Assembly: GCF_009914755.1 (NCBI RefSeq)
Contig: NC_060948.1
Source: the human T2T-CHM13v2.0 reference genome, Homo sapiens
DNA length: 64,000 nt
Direction: 5' to 3' (one strand)
Each line of letters starts with the position of its first letter. Position 1 is the first letter of the stretch. Made by a program: the position numbers and the translations under genes. This document shows, one piece after another, positions 13,401 to 28,399 of the stretch. The notes beneath the pieces were generated by a model. The model was not told where the DNA came from and ran no database searches. It worked only from the letters and a program-made list of their open reading frames with translations.

Positions 13401-16400
13401 TGAAACGGAATCGAATGTCATAGAATGTAATGGAATGCAAAAAAATGGAATCCGAAATCATTGACTGGAAAGGCTGGGTGTCGAAAGGAATTGACTCCAA
13501 TGGAATGGAATCGAATGGAATGGAAGTGAATAGAATCGAACTAAATCGAATGGAATGGAATTGATAGGAACGGAATGGAAAGGAATGCAATGATTTGGCA
13601 TGGAATGGAATCGAATGGCATCGAATGGAATGGAATGGAATGCAATGGAATGGAATGTATTAGAATGTAATGAACTTTAATGGAATGTACTCGAAAGGAT
13701 TTGACTGGAATGGAATGATCTGGAAGTGAATGGACTCCAATGGAATGGATTCGAAAGGAATGGAATCGTACGGAATGGAATCTAATGGAATGGAATTAAA
13801 TGGAAATGAATCAAATTGAATAGCACGGAATTGAATTGAATGGAATGGAATGCAATGGAATCTAATGAAACGGAAAGGAAAGGAATGCAATGGAATGGAA
13901 TGGGCTGGAATGGAAAGGAATCGAAACGAATGGAATGGAATCGAACTGAAGAGACTGGAATGGAATGCACTGGAATGGAAGGGAGTGTAATGGAAGGTTC
14001 TCGAAAAAAATGGAATCGAATGGAATGGAATTGAGTGGAACGGAATAGAGTCGAATGGAATTGAATGGAATGGAATGGACTAGAGTGAAATGGAATCGAA
14101 CCACAAGGAATGGACAGGAATAGAATGGTCTCGAATTGAATGGAATCGTATGGAATGGCATCAAACGGAATGGAATGGACAGCCACGGAATGGAATGCAC
14201 TCGAATGCAATGGAGTCGAAACTAATGGACTGGAATAGAATGGACTCGACTGGTACGGACTCCAATGGAATGGAATCGAATGGAAGGGAATCGAACGGAA
14301 TGGACTCGAAGGGAAAAGACTGCAATGGAACGGTCTCGAATGGAATGGAAATTAATGGAATGGAATGGAATCGAATGAAATGGAGTCAAAAGGAATGGAA
14401 TCGAATGGCAAGAAATCGAATGTAATGGAATCGCAAGGAATTGATATGAACGGAACGGAATGGAATGGAATCCAAAGGAATGGAATAGAATGGAATGGAA
14501 TCGAATGGAAAGGACTCGAATGGAAATCACTCGAATAGAATGCAATTTAATAAAATAGGATCAAATGTAATGGAATGGAATGGAAAGGAATCGAAACGAA
14601 AGGAATGGAGACAGATGGAATGGAATGGAACAGATAGCAATGGTATACAATGGAATGGAATCATCTGGAATGGAATTGAATGGAATGGAATAATATGAAA
14701 TGGAATGGAATGGAATGGAATGGAATGCCCTTGAATTAAATGGACTGGACTCGAACAGAGTGGAATGGAAAGTGTTGAGATAGAATGGAATGGACTCCTT
14801 TGGAATGGTCTAGTATGCAATGCAATCGACTGGCAGGGAATCAAAAGGAATGTAATGGAATGGATTGGACTGGAATGCAATGGACTCGAATAGATTGGAA
14901 ACGGAATGCAAAGGAATGGAATGGAATAGTATGGAATGGAATGGAAAGGAATGGAGTGGAATAGACTAGAGTGGAATGGAATGGACTGGAAAGCAATGGA
15001 CTGGAATGAAACTTTCTTGAATGGACTGGAATCAAACGGAATGGAATGCAATGCAATCAAATGGCATGGAATAAGATAGAATGAAAGAGAATCAAATGGA
15101 ATTGAATCGAATGGAATCGAATGGATTGGAAAGGAATAGAATGGAATGGAATGGAATTGACTCAAATGGAATGGACTAGAATGGAATGGATTCGAATGGA
15201 AGGCAAAGGAATGGAATCTATTGGAATGGACTGTAATGGAATGGAATGGAAGGGATTGGAATGGACTCGAATGGAATGGACTGTAATAGAAAGGATTCGA
15301 ATGGAATGAAAAAGAATTGAATGGAATAGAACAGAATGGAATCAAATCGAATGAAATGGAATGGAATAGAAAGGAATGGAATGAAATGGAATGGAAAGGA
15401 TTCGAATGGAATGCAATCGAATGGAATGGAATCGAACGGAATGGAATAAAATGGAAGAAAACTGGCAAGAAATGGAATCGAAATGAATGGAGTGTTATGG
15501 AACGGACTCAAAAGGAATTGAATGTAATAGAATGGAGTGGAGTGGACTCGAATATAATGGACTGGAATGGAATGAAATCACATGGAATGGGAACGAATGG
15601 AATGGAATGGAAAGGAATGGAATCGAATGGAAAGGAATCGAACGGAAGGGAATGAAATTGAATCAACAGGAATGGAAGGGAATAGAATAGACTGTAATGG
15701 AATGGACACGAATAGAATGGACACGAATGCTCAAATTGAATGGACTCGAATGGAATGGAAAGGAAAGGAAAGTCATCGAATGGAATTGAATCGATTGGAA
15801 TGAAATCGCATAGAATGGAGTGGAATCAAATGGAATTGAATCGAAAGGAAAGGAAGCGAATGGACTGAAATGAAATGGAATGGAATTGAATGGAAAGTAA
15901 TGCAATGGAATAGAATGGAACGAAATTTCACGGAATGGAATCAAACTGAATGGAATCAAATCAATGGAATCTAATCAAATTGAATGGAAAGGAATTGAAT
16001 TTAGTATATTGGATTGGATGGGATTGGAATGAAATGTACTGGAAAGGACTCGAATTTCATGAAACGGAATGGAATGAATTGGAACGGAATGGACTCGAAT
16101 GGAATGGAATGACATGGAATGGCATCAAATGGAATGGCATCAAATGGAATGGAATCGAATACAATGGAATGCTATGGAATGGAATGGAATGCATTGGAAT
16201 GGAATGTCCTCTAATGGAATGGATTCGAGTGGAATGGAATCGAATATAATGGAGTCGAATGAAATGGAATTGAAAGGAATGGGATCGAATAGAATGGAAT
16301 ATACTGGAATGTAATGTAATGAACTCGAATGTAATTGACTGGAATGGAATGTACATGAATGGAATGTAATCGAATATAAAGTAATCCAATGGAATAGAAT

Positions 16401-19400
16401 CTAATGCAATAAAATCGACTCAGATAGAGTAGAATGTAATGGAATGGAGTGCAGTGCAATGGAATGGAATGGAATGGAATGCAATGGAATGGAATGGAAT
16501 GGAATGGAATGGAATGGGATGGAATGGGGTGGAATGGTATGGAATGGATAGTAATGGACTGGAGTGAAATGGACTGGAAAGGAATGGACTCAAATTGAAA
16601 GGGCTCGAAAGGAATGGAGACAAATGAAATGGTCTGGAATGGAATGAACACGAATGTAATGCAATCCAATAGAATGGAGTCGAATGGCATGGAATATAAA
16701 GAAATGGAATCGAAGAGAATGGAAACAAATGGAATGGAATTGAATGGAATGGAATTGAATGGAATGGGAACGAATGGAGTGAAATTGTATGCAGTAGAAG
16801 AGAATAGAATGGAATGCAAGCGAAAGGAAAGGAATGGATTGGAATGGAATGGAATTCATTGGAATGGAAGGGAATGTAGTGTAATGGACAGGCCTGGAAT
16901 AAAGTGGAATGCTACGGTCTCGAATAGAATAAAAATGTATGGAATGGAATGCAATGAAACGGAATCTAATGTCATAGAATGTAATGGAATGCAAAAAAAT
17001 GGAATCCAAAATCATTGACTGGAAAGGCTGGGTGTCGAAAGGAATTGACTCCAATGGAATGGAATCGAATGGAATGGAAGTGAATAGAATCGAACTAAAT
17101 CGAATGGAATGGAATTGATAGGAACGGAATGGAAAGGAATGCAAGGATTTGGCATGGAATGGAATCGAATGGCATCGAATGGAATGGAATGGAATGCAAT
17201 GGAATGGAATGTATTAGAATGTAATGAACTTTAATGGAATGTACTCGAATGGATTCGACTGGAATGGAATGTTCTGGAAGTGAATGGACTCCAATGGAAT
17301 GGATTCAAAAGGAATGGAATCGTACGGAATGGAATCTAATGGAATGGAATTAAATGGAAATGAATCAAATTGAATAGCACGGAATTGAATTGAATGGAAT
17401 CGAATGCAATGGAATCTAATGAAACGGAAAGGAAAGGAATGGAATGGAATGGAATGGGCTGGAATGGAAAGGAATCGAAACGAATGGAATGGAATCGAAC
17501 TGAAGAGACTGGAATGGAATGCACTGGAATGGAAGGGAGTGTAATGGAAGGTTCTCGAAAAAAATGGAATCGAATGGAATGGAATTGAATGGAACGGAAT
17601 AGAGTCGAATGGAATTGAATGGAATGGAATGGACTAGAGTGAAATGGAATCGAACCACAAGGAATGGACAGGAATAGAATGGTCTCGAATTGAATGGAAT
17701 CGTATGGAATGGCATCAAACGGAATGGAATGGACAGCCACGGAATGGAATGCACTCGAATGCAATGGAGTCGAAACTAATGGACTGGAATAGAATGGATT
17801 CGACTGGTACGGACTCCAATGGAATGGAATCGTATGGAAGGGAATCGAACGGAATGGACTCGAAGGGAAAAGACTGCAATGGAAAGGTCTCGAATGGAAT
17901 GGAAATTAATGGAATGGAATGGAATCGAATGAAATGGAGTCAAAAGGAATGGAATCGAATGGCAAGAAATCAAATGTAATGGAATCGCAAGGAATTGATG
18001 TGAACGGAACGGAATGGAATGGAATCCAAAGGAATGGAATAGAATGGAATGGAATCGAATGGAAAGGACTCGAATGGAAATCACTCGAATAGAATGCAAT
18101 TTAATAAAATAGGATCAAATGTAATGGAATGGAATGGAAAGGAATCGAAACGAAAGGAATGGAGACAGATGGAATGGAATGGAACAGAGAGCAATGGTAT
18201 AGAATGGAATGGAATCATCTGGAATGGAATTGAATGGAATGGAATAATATGAAATGGAATGGAATGGAATGGAATGGAATGGAATGCCCTTGAATTAAAT
18301 GGAATGGACTCGAACAGAGTGGAATGGAAAGTGTTGAGATAGCATGGAATGGACTCCTTCGGAATGGTCTAGTATGCAATGCAATCGACTGGCAGGGAAT
18401 CAAAAGGAATGTAATCGAATGGATTGGACTGGAATGCAATGGACTCGAATAGATTGGAAACGGAATGCAAAGGAATGGAATGGAATAGTATGGAATGGAA
18501 TGGAAAGGAATGGAGTGGAATAGACTAGAGTGGAATGGAATGGACTGGAAAGCAATGGACTGGAATGGAACTTTCTTGAATGGACTGGAATCAAACGGAA
18601 TGGAATGCAATGCAATCAAATGGCATGGAATAAAATAGAATGAAAGAGAATCAAATGGAATTGAATCGAATGGAATCGAATGGATTGGAAAGGAATAGAA
18701 TGGAATGGAATGGAATTGACTCAAATGGAATGGACTAGAATGGAATGGATTCGAATGGAAGGCAAAGGAATGGAATCTATTGGAATGGACTGTAATGGAA
18801 TGGAATGGAAGGGATTGGAATGGACTCGAATGCAATGGACTGCAATAGAAAGGATTCGAATGGAATGAAAAAGAATTGAATGGAATAGAACAGAATGGAA
18901 TCAAATCGAATGAAATGGAATGGAATAGAAAGGAATGGAATGAAATGGAATGGAAAGGATTCGAATGGAATGCAATCGAATGGAATGGAATCGAACGGAA
19001 TGGAATAAAATGGAAGAAAACTGGCAAGAAATGGAATCGAAATGAATGGAGTGTTATGGAACGGACTCAAAAGGAATTGAATGTAATAGAATGGAGTGGA
19101 GTGGACTCGAATATAATGGACTGGAATGGAATGAAATCACATGGAATGGGAACGAATGGAATGGAATGGAAAGGAATGGAATCGAATGGAAAGGAATCGA
19201 ACGGAAGGGAATAAAATTGAATCAACAGGAATGGAAGGGAATAGAATAGACGGTAATGGAATGGACTCGAATAGAATGGACACGAATGCTCAAATTGAAT
19301 GGACTCGAAAGGAATGGAAAGGAAAGGAATGTCATCGAATGGAATTGAATCGATTGGAATGAAATCGCATAGAATGGAGTGGAATCAAATGGAATTGAAT

Positions 19401-22400
19401 CGAAAGGAAAGGAAGCGAATGGACTGAAATGAAATGGAATGGAATTGAATGGAAATTAATGCAATGGAATAGAATGGAACGAAATTTCACGGAATGGAAT
19501 CAAACTGAATGGAATCAAATCAATGGAATCTAATCAAATGGAATGGAAAGGAATTGAATGGAGTAGATTGGATTGGATGGGATTGGAATGAAATGTACTG
19601 GATAGGACTCGAATTTCATGAAACGGAATGGAATGAATTGGAACGGAATGGACTCGAATGGAATGGAATGTCATGGAATGGCATCAAATGGAATGGCATC
19701 AAATGGAATGGAATCGAATGCAATGGAATGCTATGGAATGGAATGGAATGCATTGGAATGGAATGTCCTCTAATGGAATGGATTCGAGTGGAATGGAATC
19801 GAATATAATGGAGTCGAATGAAATGGAATTGAAAGGAATGGGATCGAATACAATGGAATATACTGGAATGAAATGTAATGAACTCGAATGTAATTGACTG
19901 GAATGGAATGTACATGAATGGAATGTAATCGAATGGAAAGTAATCCAATGGAATAGAATCTAATGCAATAAAATCGACTCAAATAGAGTAGAATGTAATG
20001 GAATGGAGTGCAGTGCAATGGAATGGAATGGAATGGAATGGAATGGAATGGAATGGGATGGAATGGTATGGAATGGATAGTAATGGACTGGAGTGAAATG
20101 GACTGGAAAGGAATGGACTCAAATTGAAAGGGCTCGAAAGGAATGGAGTCAAATGGAATGATCTGGAATGGAATGAACACGAATGTAATGCAATCCAATA
20201 GAATGGAATCGAATGGCATGGAATATAAAGAAATGGAATCGAAGAGAATGGAAACAAATGGAATGGAATTGAATGGAATGGAATTGAATGGAATGGGAAG
20301 GAATGGAGTGAAATTGTATGCAGTAGAAGAGAATAGAATGGAATGCAAGCGAAAGGAAAGGAATGGATTGGAATGGAATGGAATTCATTGGAATGGAAGG
20401 GAATGTAGTGTAATGGACAGGCCTGGAATAAAGTGGAATGCTACGGTCTCGAATGGAATAAAAATGTATGGAATGGAATGCAATGAAACGGAATCGAATG
20501 TCATAGAATGTAATGGAATGCAAAAAATGGAATCCAAAATCATTGACTGGAAAGGCTGGGTGTCGAAAGGAATTGACTCCAATGGAATGGAATCGAATGG
20601 AATGGAAGTGAATAGAATCGAACTAAATCGAATGGAATGGAATTGATAGGAACGGAATGGAAAAGAATGCAATGATTTGGCATGGAATGGAATCGAATGG
20701 CATCGAATGGAATGGAATGGAATGCAATGGAATGGAATGTGTTAGAATGTAATGAACTTTAATGGAATGTACTCGAATGGATTCGACTGGAATGGAATGT
20801 TCTGGAAGTGAATGGACTCCAATGGAATGGATTCAAAAGGAATGGAATCGTACGGAATGGAATCTAATGGAATGGAATTAAATGGAAATGAATCAAATGG
20901 AATAGCACGGAATTGAATTGAATGGAATCGAGTGCAATGGAATCTAATGAAACGGAAAGGAAAGGAATGGAATGGAATGGAATGGGCTGGAATGGAAAGG
21001 AATCGAAATGAATGGAATGGAATCGAACTGAAGAGACTGGAATGGAATGCACTGGAATGGAAGGGAGTGTAATGGAAGGTTCTCGAAAAAAATGGAATCG
21101 AATGGAATGGAATTGAATGGAACGGAATAGAGTCGAATGGAATTGAATGGAATGGAATGGACTAGAGTGAAATGGAATAGAACCACAAGGAATGGACAGG
21201 AATAGAATAGTCTCGAATTGAATGGAATCGTATGGAATGGCATCAAACGGAATGGAATGGATAGCCACGGAATGGAATGCACTCCAATGCAATGGAGTCG
21301 AAACTAATGGACTGGAATAGAATGGACTCGACTGGTACGGACTCCAATGGAATGGAATCGAATGGAAGGAAATCGAATGGAATGGACTCGAAAGGAAAAG
21401 ACTGCAATGGAATGGTCTCGAATGGAATGGAAATTAATGGAATGGAATGGAATCGAATGAAATGGAGTCAAAAGGAATGGAATCGAATGGCAAGAAATCG
21501 AATGTAATGGAATCGCAAGGAATTGATGTGAAAGGAACAGAATGGAATGGAATCCAAAGGAATGGAATAGAATGGAATGGAATCGAATGGAAAGGACTCG
21601 AATGGAAATCACTCGAATAGAATGCAATTTAATAAAATAGGATCAAATGTAATGGAATGGAATGGAAAGGAATCGAAACGAAAGGAATGGAGACAGATGG
21701 AATGGAATGGAACAGAGAGCAATGGTATAGAATGGAATGGAATCATCTGGAATGGAATTGAATGGAATGGAATAATATGAAATGGAATGGAATGGAATGG
21801 AATGGAATGCCCTTGAATTAAATGGACTGGAATGGAATGGACTCGAACAGAGTGGAATGGAAAGTGTTGAGATAGAATGGAATGGACTCCTTTGGAATGG
21901 TGTAGTATGCAATGCAATCGACTGGCAGGGAATCAAAAGGAATGTAATCGAATGGATTGGACTGGAATGCAATGGACTCGAATAGATTGGAAACGGAATG
22001 CAAAGGAATGGAATGGAATAGTATGGAATGGAATGGAAAGGAATGGAGTGGAATAGACTAGAGTGGAATGGAATGGACTGGAAAGCAATGGACTGGAATG
22101 GAACTTTCTTGAATGGACTGGAATCAAACGGAATGGAATGCAATGCAATCAAATGGCATGGAATAAAATAGAATGAAAGAGAATCAAATGGAATTGAATC
22201 GAATGGAATCGAATGGATTGGAAAGGAATAGAATGGAATGGAATGGAATTGACTCAAATGGAATGGACTAGAATGGAATGGATTCGAATGGAAGGCAAAG
22301 GAATGGAATCTATTGGAATGGACTGTAATGGAATGGAATGGAAGGGATTGGAATGGACTCGAATGCAATGGACTGCAATAGAAAGGATTCGAATGGAATG

Positions 22401-25400
22401 AAAAAGAATTGAATGGAATAGAACAGAATGGAATCAAATCGAATGAAATGGAATGGAATAGAAAGGAATGGAATGAAATGGAATGGAAAGGATTCGAATG
22501 GAATGCAATCGAATGGAATGGAATCGAACGGAATGGAATAAAATGGAAGAAAACTGGCAAGAAATGGAATCGAAATGAATGGAGTGTTATGGAACGGACT
22601 CAAAAGGAATTGAATGTAATAGAATGGAGTGGAGTGGACTCGAATATAATGGACTGGAATGGAATGAAATCACATGGAATGGGAACGAATGGAATGGAAT
22701 GGAAAGGAATGGAATCGAATGGAAAGGAATCGAACGGAAGGGAATAAAATTGAATCAACAGGAATGGAAGGGAATAGAATAGACGGTAATGGAATGGACT
22801 CGAATAGAATGGACACGAATGCTCAAATTGAATGGACTCGAAAGGAATGGAAAGGAAAGGAATGTCATCGAATGGAATTGAATCGATTGGAATGAAATCG
22901 CATAGAATGGAGTGGAATCAAATGGAATTGAATCGAAAGGAAAGGAAGCGAATGGACTGAAATGAAATGGTATGGAATTGAATGGAAATTAATGCAATGG
23001 AATAGAATGGAACGAAATTTCACGGAATGGAATCAAACTGAATGGAATCAAATCAATGGAATCTAATCAAATGGAATGGAAAGGAATTGAATGGAGTAGA
23101 TTGGATTGGATGGGATTGGAATGAAATGTACTGGAAAGGACTCGAATTTCATGAAAAGGAATGGAATGAATTGGAACGGAATGGACTCGAATGGAATGGA
23201 ATGTCATGGAATGGTATCAAATGGAATGGCATCAAATGGAATGGAATCGAATGCAATGGAATGCTATGGAATGGAATGGAATGCATTGGAATGGAATGTC
23301 CTCTAATGGAATGGATTCGAGTGGAATGGAATCGAATATAATGGAGTCGAATGAAATGGAATTGAAAGGAATGGGATCGAATAGAATGGAATATACTGGA
23401 ATGTAATGTAATGAACTCGAATGTAATTGACTGGAATGGAATGTACATGAATGGAATGTAATCGAATGGAAAGTAATCCAATGGAATAGAATCTAATGCA
23501 ATAAAATCGACTCAAATAGAGTAGAATGTAATGGAATGGAGTGCAGTGCAATGGAATGGAATGGAATGGAATGCAATGGAATAGAATGGAATGGAATGGA
23601 ATGGGATGGAATGGTATGGAATGGATAGTAATGGACTGGAGTGAAATGGACTGGAAAGGAATGGACTCAAATTGAAAGGGCTCGAAAGGAATGGAGTCAA
23701 ATGGAATGGTCTGGAATGGAATGAACACGAATGTAATGCAATCCAATAGAATGGAATCGAATGGCATGGAATTTAAAGAAATGGAATCGAAGAGAATGGA
23801 AACAAATGGAATGGAATTGAATGGAATGGAATTGAATGGAATGGGAAGGAATGGAGTGAAATTGTATGCAGTAGAAGAGAATAGAATGGAATGCAAGCGA
23901 AAGGAAAGGAATGGATTGGAATGGAATGGAATTCATTGGAATGGAAGGGAATGTAGTGTAATGGACAGGCCTGGAATAAAGTGGAATGCTACGGTCTCGA
24001 ATGGAATAAAAATGTATGGAATGGAATGCAATGAAACGGAATCGAATGTCATAGAATGTAATGGAATGCAAAAAATGGAATCCAAAGTCATTGACTGGAA
24101 AGGCTGGGTGTCGAAAGGAATTGACTCCAATGGAATGGAATCGAATGGAATGGAAGTGAATAGAATCGAACTAAATCGAATGGAATGGAATTGATAGGAA
24201 CGGAATGGAAAAGAATGCAATGATTTGGCATGGAATGGAATCGAATGGCATCGAATGGAATGGAATGGAATGCAATGGAATGGAATGTGTTAGAATGTAA
24301 TGAACTTTAATGGAATGTACTCGAATGGATTCGACTGGAATGGAATGTTCTGGAAGTGAATGGACTCCAATGGAATGGATTCAAAAGGAATGGAATCGTA
24401 CGGAATGGAATCTAATGGAATGGAATTAAATGGAAATGAATCAAATGGAATAGCACGGAATTGAATTGAATGGAATCGAGTGCAATGGAATCTAATGAAA
24501 CGGAAAGGAAAGGAATGGAATGGAATGGAATGGGCTGGAATGGAAAGGAATCGAAATGAATGGAATGGAATCGAACTGAAGAGACTGGAATGGAATGCAC
24601 TGGAATGGAAGGGAGTGTAATGGAAGGTTCTCGAAAAAAATGGAATCGAATGGAATGGAATTGAATGGAACGGAATAGAGTCGAATGGAATTGAATGGAA
24701 TGGAATGGACTAGAGTGAAATGGAATAGAACCACAAGGAATGGACAGGAATAGAATAGTCTCGAATTGAATGGAATCGTATGGAATGGCATCAAACGGAA
24801 TGGAATGGATAGCCACGGAATGGAATGCACTCCAATGCAATGGAGTCGAAACTAATGGACTGGAATAGAATGGACTCGACTGGTACGGACTCCAATGGAA
24901 TGGAATCGAATGGAAGGAAATCGAATGGAATGGACTCGAAGGGAAAAGACTGCAATGGAATGGTCTCGAATGGAATGGAAATTAATGGAATGGAATGGAA
25001 TCGAATGAAATGGAGTCAAAAGGAATGGAATCGAATGGCAAGAAATCGAATGTAATGGAATCGCAAGGAATTGATGTGAAAGGAACAGAATGGAATGGAA
25101 TCCAAAGGAATGGAATAGAATGGAATGGAATCGAATGGAAAGGACTCGAATGGAAATCACTCGAATAGAATGCAATTTAATAAAATAGGATCAAATGTAA
25201 TGGAATGGAATGGAAAGGAATCGAAACGAAAGGAATGGAGACAGATGGAATGGAATGGAACAGAGAGCAATGGTATAGAATGGAATGGAATCATCTGGAA
25301 TGGAATTGAATGGAATGGAATAATATGAAATGGAATGGAATGGAATGGAATGGAATGCCCTTGAATTAAATGGACTGGAATGGAATGGACTCGAACAGAG

Positions 25401-28399
25401 TGGAATGGAAAGTGTTGAGATAGAATGGAATGGACTCCTTTGGAATGGTGTAGTATGCAATGCAATCGACTGGCAGGGAATCAAAAGGAATGTAATCGAA
25501 TGGATTGGACTGGAATGCAATGGACTCGAATAGATTGGAAACGGAATGCAAAGGAATGGAATGGAATAGTATGGAATGGAATGGAAAGGAATGGAGTGGA
25601 ATAGACTAGAGTGGAATGGAATGGACCTGAAAGCAATGGACTGGAATGGAACTTTCTTGAATGGACTGGAATCAAACGGAATGGAATGCAATGCAATCAA
25701 ATGGCATGGAATAAAATAGAATGAAAGAGAATCAAATGGAATTGAATCGAATGGAATCGAATGGATTGGAAAGGAATAGAATGGAATGGAATGGAATTGA
25801 CTCAAATGGAATGGACTAGAATGGAATGGATTCGAATGGAAGGCAAAGGAATGGAATCTATTGGAATGGACTGTAATGGAATGGAATGGAAGGGATTGGA
25901 ATGGACTCGAATGGAATGGACTGCAATAGAAAGGATTCGAATGGAATGAAAAAGAATTGAATGGAATAGAACAGAATGGAATCAAATCGAATGAAATGGA
26001 ATGGAATAGAAAGGAATGGAATGAAATGGAATGGAAAGGATTCGAATGGAATGCAATCGAATGGAATGGAATCGAACGGAATGGAATAAAATGGAAGAAA
26101 ACTGGCAAGAAATGGAATCGAAATGAATGGAGTGTTATGGAACGGACTCAAAAGGAATTGAATGTAATAGAATGGAGTGGAGTGGACTCGAATATAATGG
26201 ACTGGAATGGAATGAAATCACAAGGAATGGGAACGAATGGAATGGAATGGAAAGGAATGGAATCGAATGGAAAGGAATCGAATGGAAGGGAATGAAATTG
26301 AATCAACAGGAATGGAAGGGAATAGAATAGACGGTAATGGAATGGACTCGAATAGAATGGACACGAATGCTCAAATTGAATGGACTCGAATGGAATGGAA
26401 ACGAAAGGAATGTCATCGAATGGAATTGAATGGATTGGAATGAAATCGCATAGAATGGAGTGGAATCAAATGGAATTGAATCGAAAGGAAAGGAAGCGAA
26501 TGGACTGAAATGAAATGGAATGGAATTGAATGGAAATTAATGCAATGGAATAGAATGGAACGAAATTTCACGGAATGGAATCAAACTGAATGGAATCAAA
26601 TCAATGGAATATAATCAAATGGAATGGAAAGGAATTGAATGGAGTAGATTGGATTGGATGGGATTGGAATGAAATGTACTGGAAAGGACTCGAATTTCAT
26701 GAAACGGAATGGAATGAATTGGAACGGAATGGACTCGAATGGAATGGAATGTCATGGAATGGCATCAAATGGAATGGCATCAAATGGAATGGAATCGAAT
26801 GCAATGGAATGCTATGGAATGGAATGCAATGCATTGGAATGGAATGTCCTCTAATGGAATGGATTCGAGTGGAATGGAATCGAATATAATGGAGTCTAAT
26901 GAAATGGAATTGAAAGGAATGGGATCGAATAGAATGGAATATACTGGAATGTAATGTAATGAACTCGAATGTAATTGACTGGAATGGAATGTACATGAAT
27001 GGAATGTAATCGAATGGAAAGTAATCCAATGGAATAGAATCTAATGCAATAAAATCGACTCAAATAGAGTAGAATGTAATGGAATGGAGTGCAGTGCAAT
27101 GGAATGGAATGGAATGGAATGCAATGGAATGGAATGGAATGGAATGGAATGGGATGGAATGGTATGGAATGGATAGTAATGGACTGGAGTGAAATGGACT
27201 GGAAAGGAATGGACTCAAATTGAAAGGGCTCGAAAGGAATGGAGTCAAATGGAATGGTCTGGAATGGAATGAACACGAATGTAATGCAATCCAATAGAAT
27301 GGAATCGAATGGCATGGAATTTAAAGAAATGGAATCGAAGAGAATGGAAACAAATGGAATGGAATTGAATGGAATGGAATTGAATGGAATGGGAACGAAT
27401 GGAGTGAAATTGTATGCAGTAGAAGAGAATAGAATGGAATGCAAGCGAAAGGAAAGGAATGGATTGGAATGGAATGGAATTCATTGGAATGGAAGGGAAT
27501 GTAGTGTAATGGACAGGCCTGGAATAAAGTGGAATGCTACGGTCTCGAATGGAATAAAAATGTATGGAATGGAATGCAATGAAACGGAATCGAATGTCAT
27601 AGAATGTAATGGAATGCAAAAAATGGAATCCAAAGTCATTGACTGGAAAGGCTGGGTGTCGAAAGGAATTGACTCCAATGGAATGGAATCGAATGGAATG
27701 GAAGTGAATAGAATCGAACTAAATCGAATGGAATGGAATTGATAGGAACGGAATGGAAAGGAATGCAATGATTTGGCATGGAATGGAATCGAATGGCATC
27801 GAATGGAATGGAATGTGTTAGAATGTAATGAACTTTAATGGAATGTACTCGAATGGATTCGACTGGAATGGAATGTTCTGGAAGTGAATGGACTCCAATG
27901 GAATGGATTCAAAAGGAATGGAATCGTACGGAATGGAATCTAATGGAATGGAATTAAATGGAAATGAATCAAATGGAATAGCACGGAATTGAATTGAATG
28001 GAATGGAATGCAATGGAATCTAATGAAACGGAAAGGAAAGGAATGGAATGGAATGGAATGGGCTGGAATGGAAAGGAATCGAAATGAATGGAATGGAATC
28101 GAACTGAAGAGACTGGAATGGAATGCACTGGAATGGAAGGAAGTGTAATGGAAGGTTCTCGAAAAAAATGGAATCGAATGGAATGGAATTGAATGGAACG
28201 GAATAGAGTCGAATGGAATTGAATGGAATGGAATGGACTAGAGTGAAATGGAATAGAACCACAAGGAATGGACAGGAATAGAATGGTCTCGAATTGAATG
28301 GAATCGTATGGAATGGCATCAAACGGAATGGAATGGATAGCCACGGAATGGAATGCACTCGAATGCAATGGAGTCGAACCTAATGGACTGGAATAGAAT

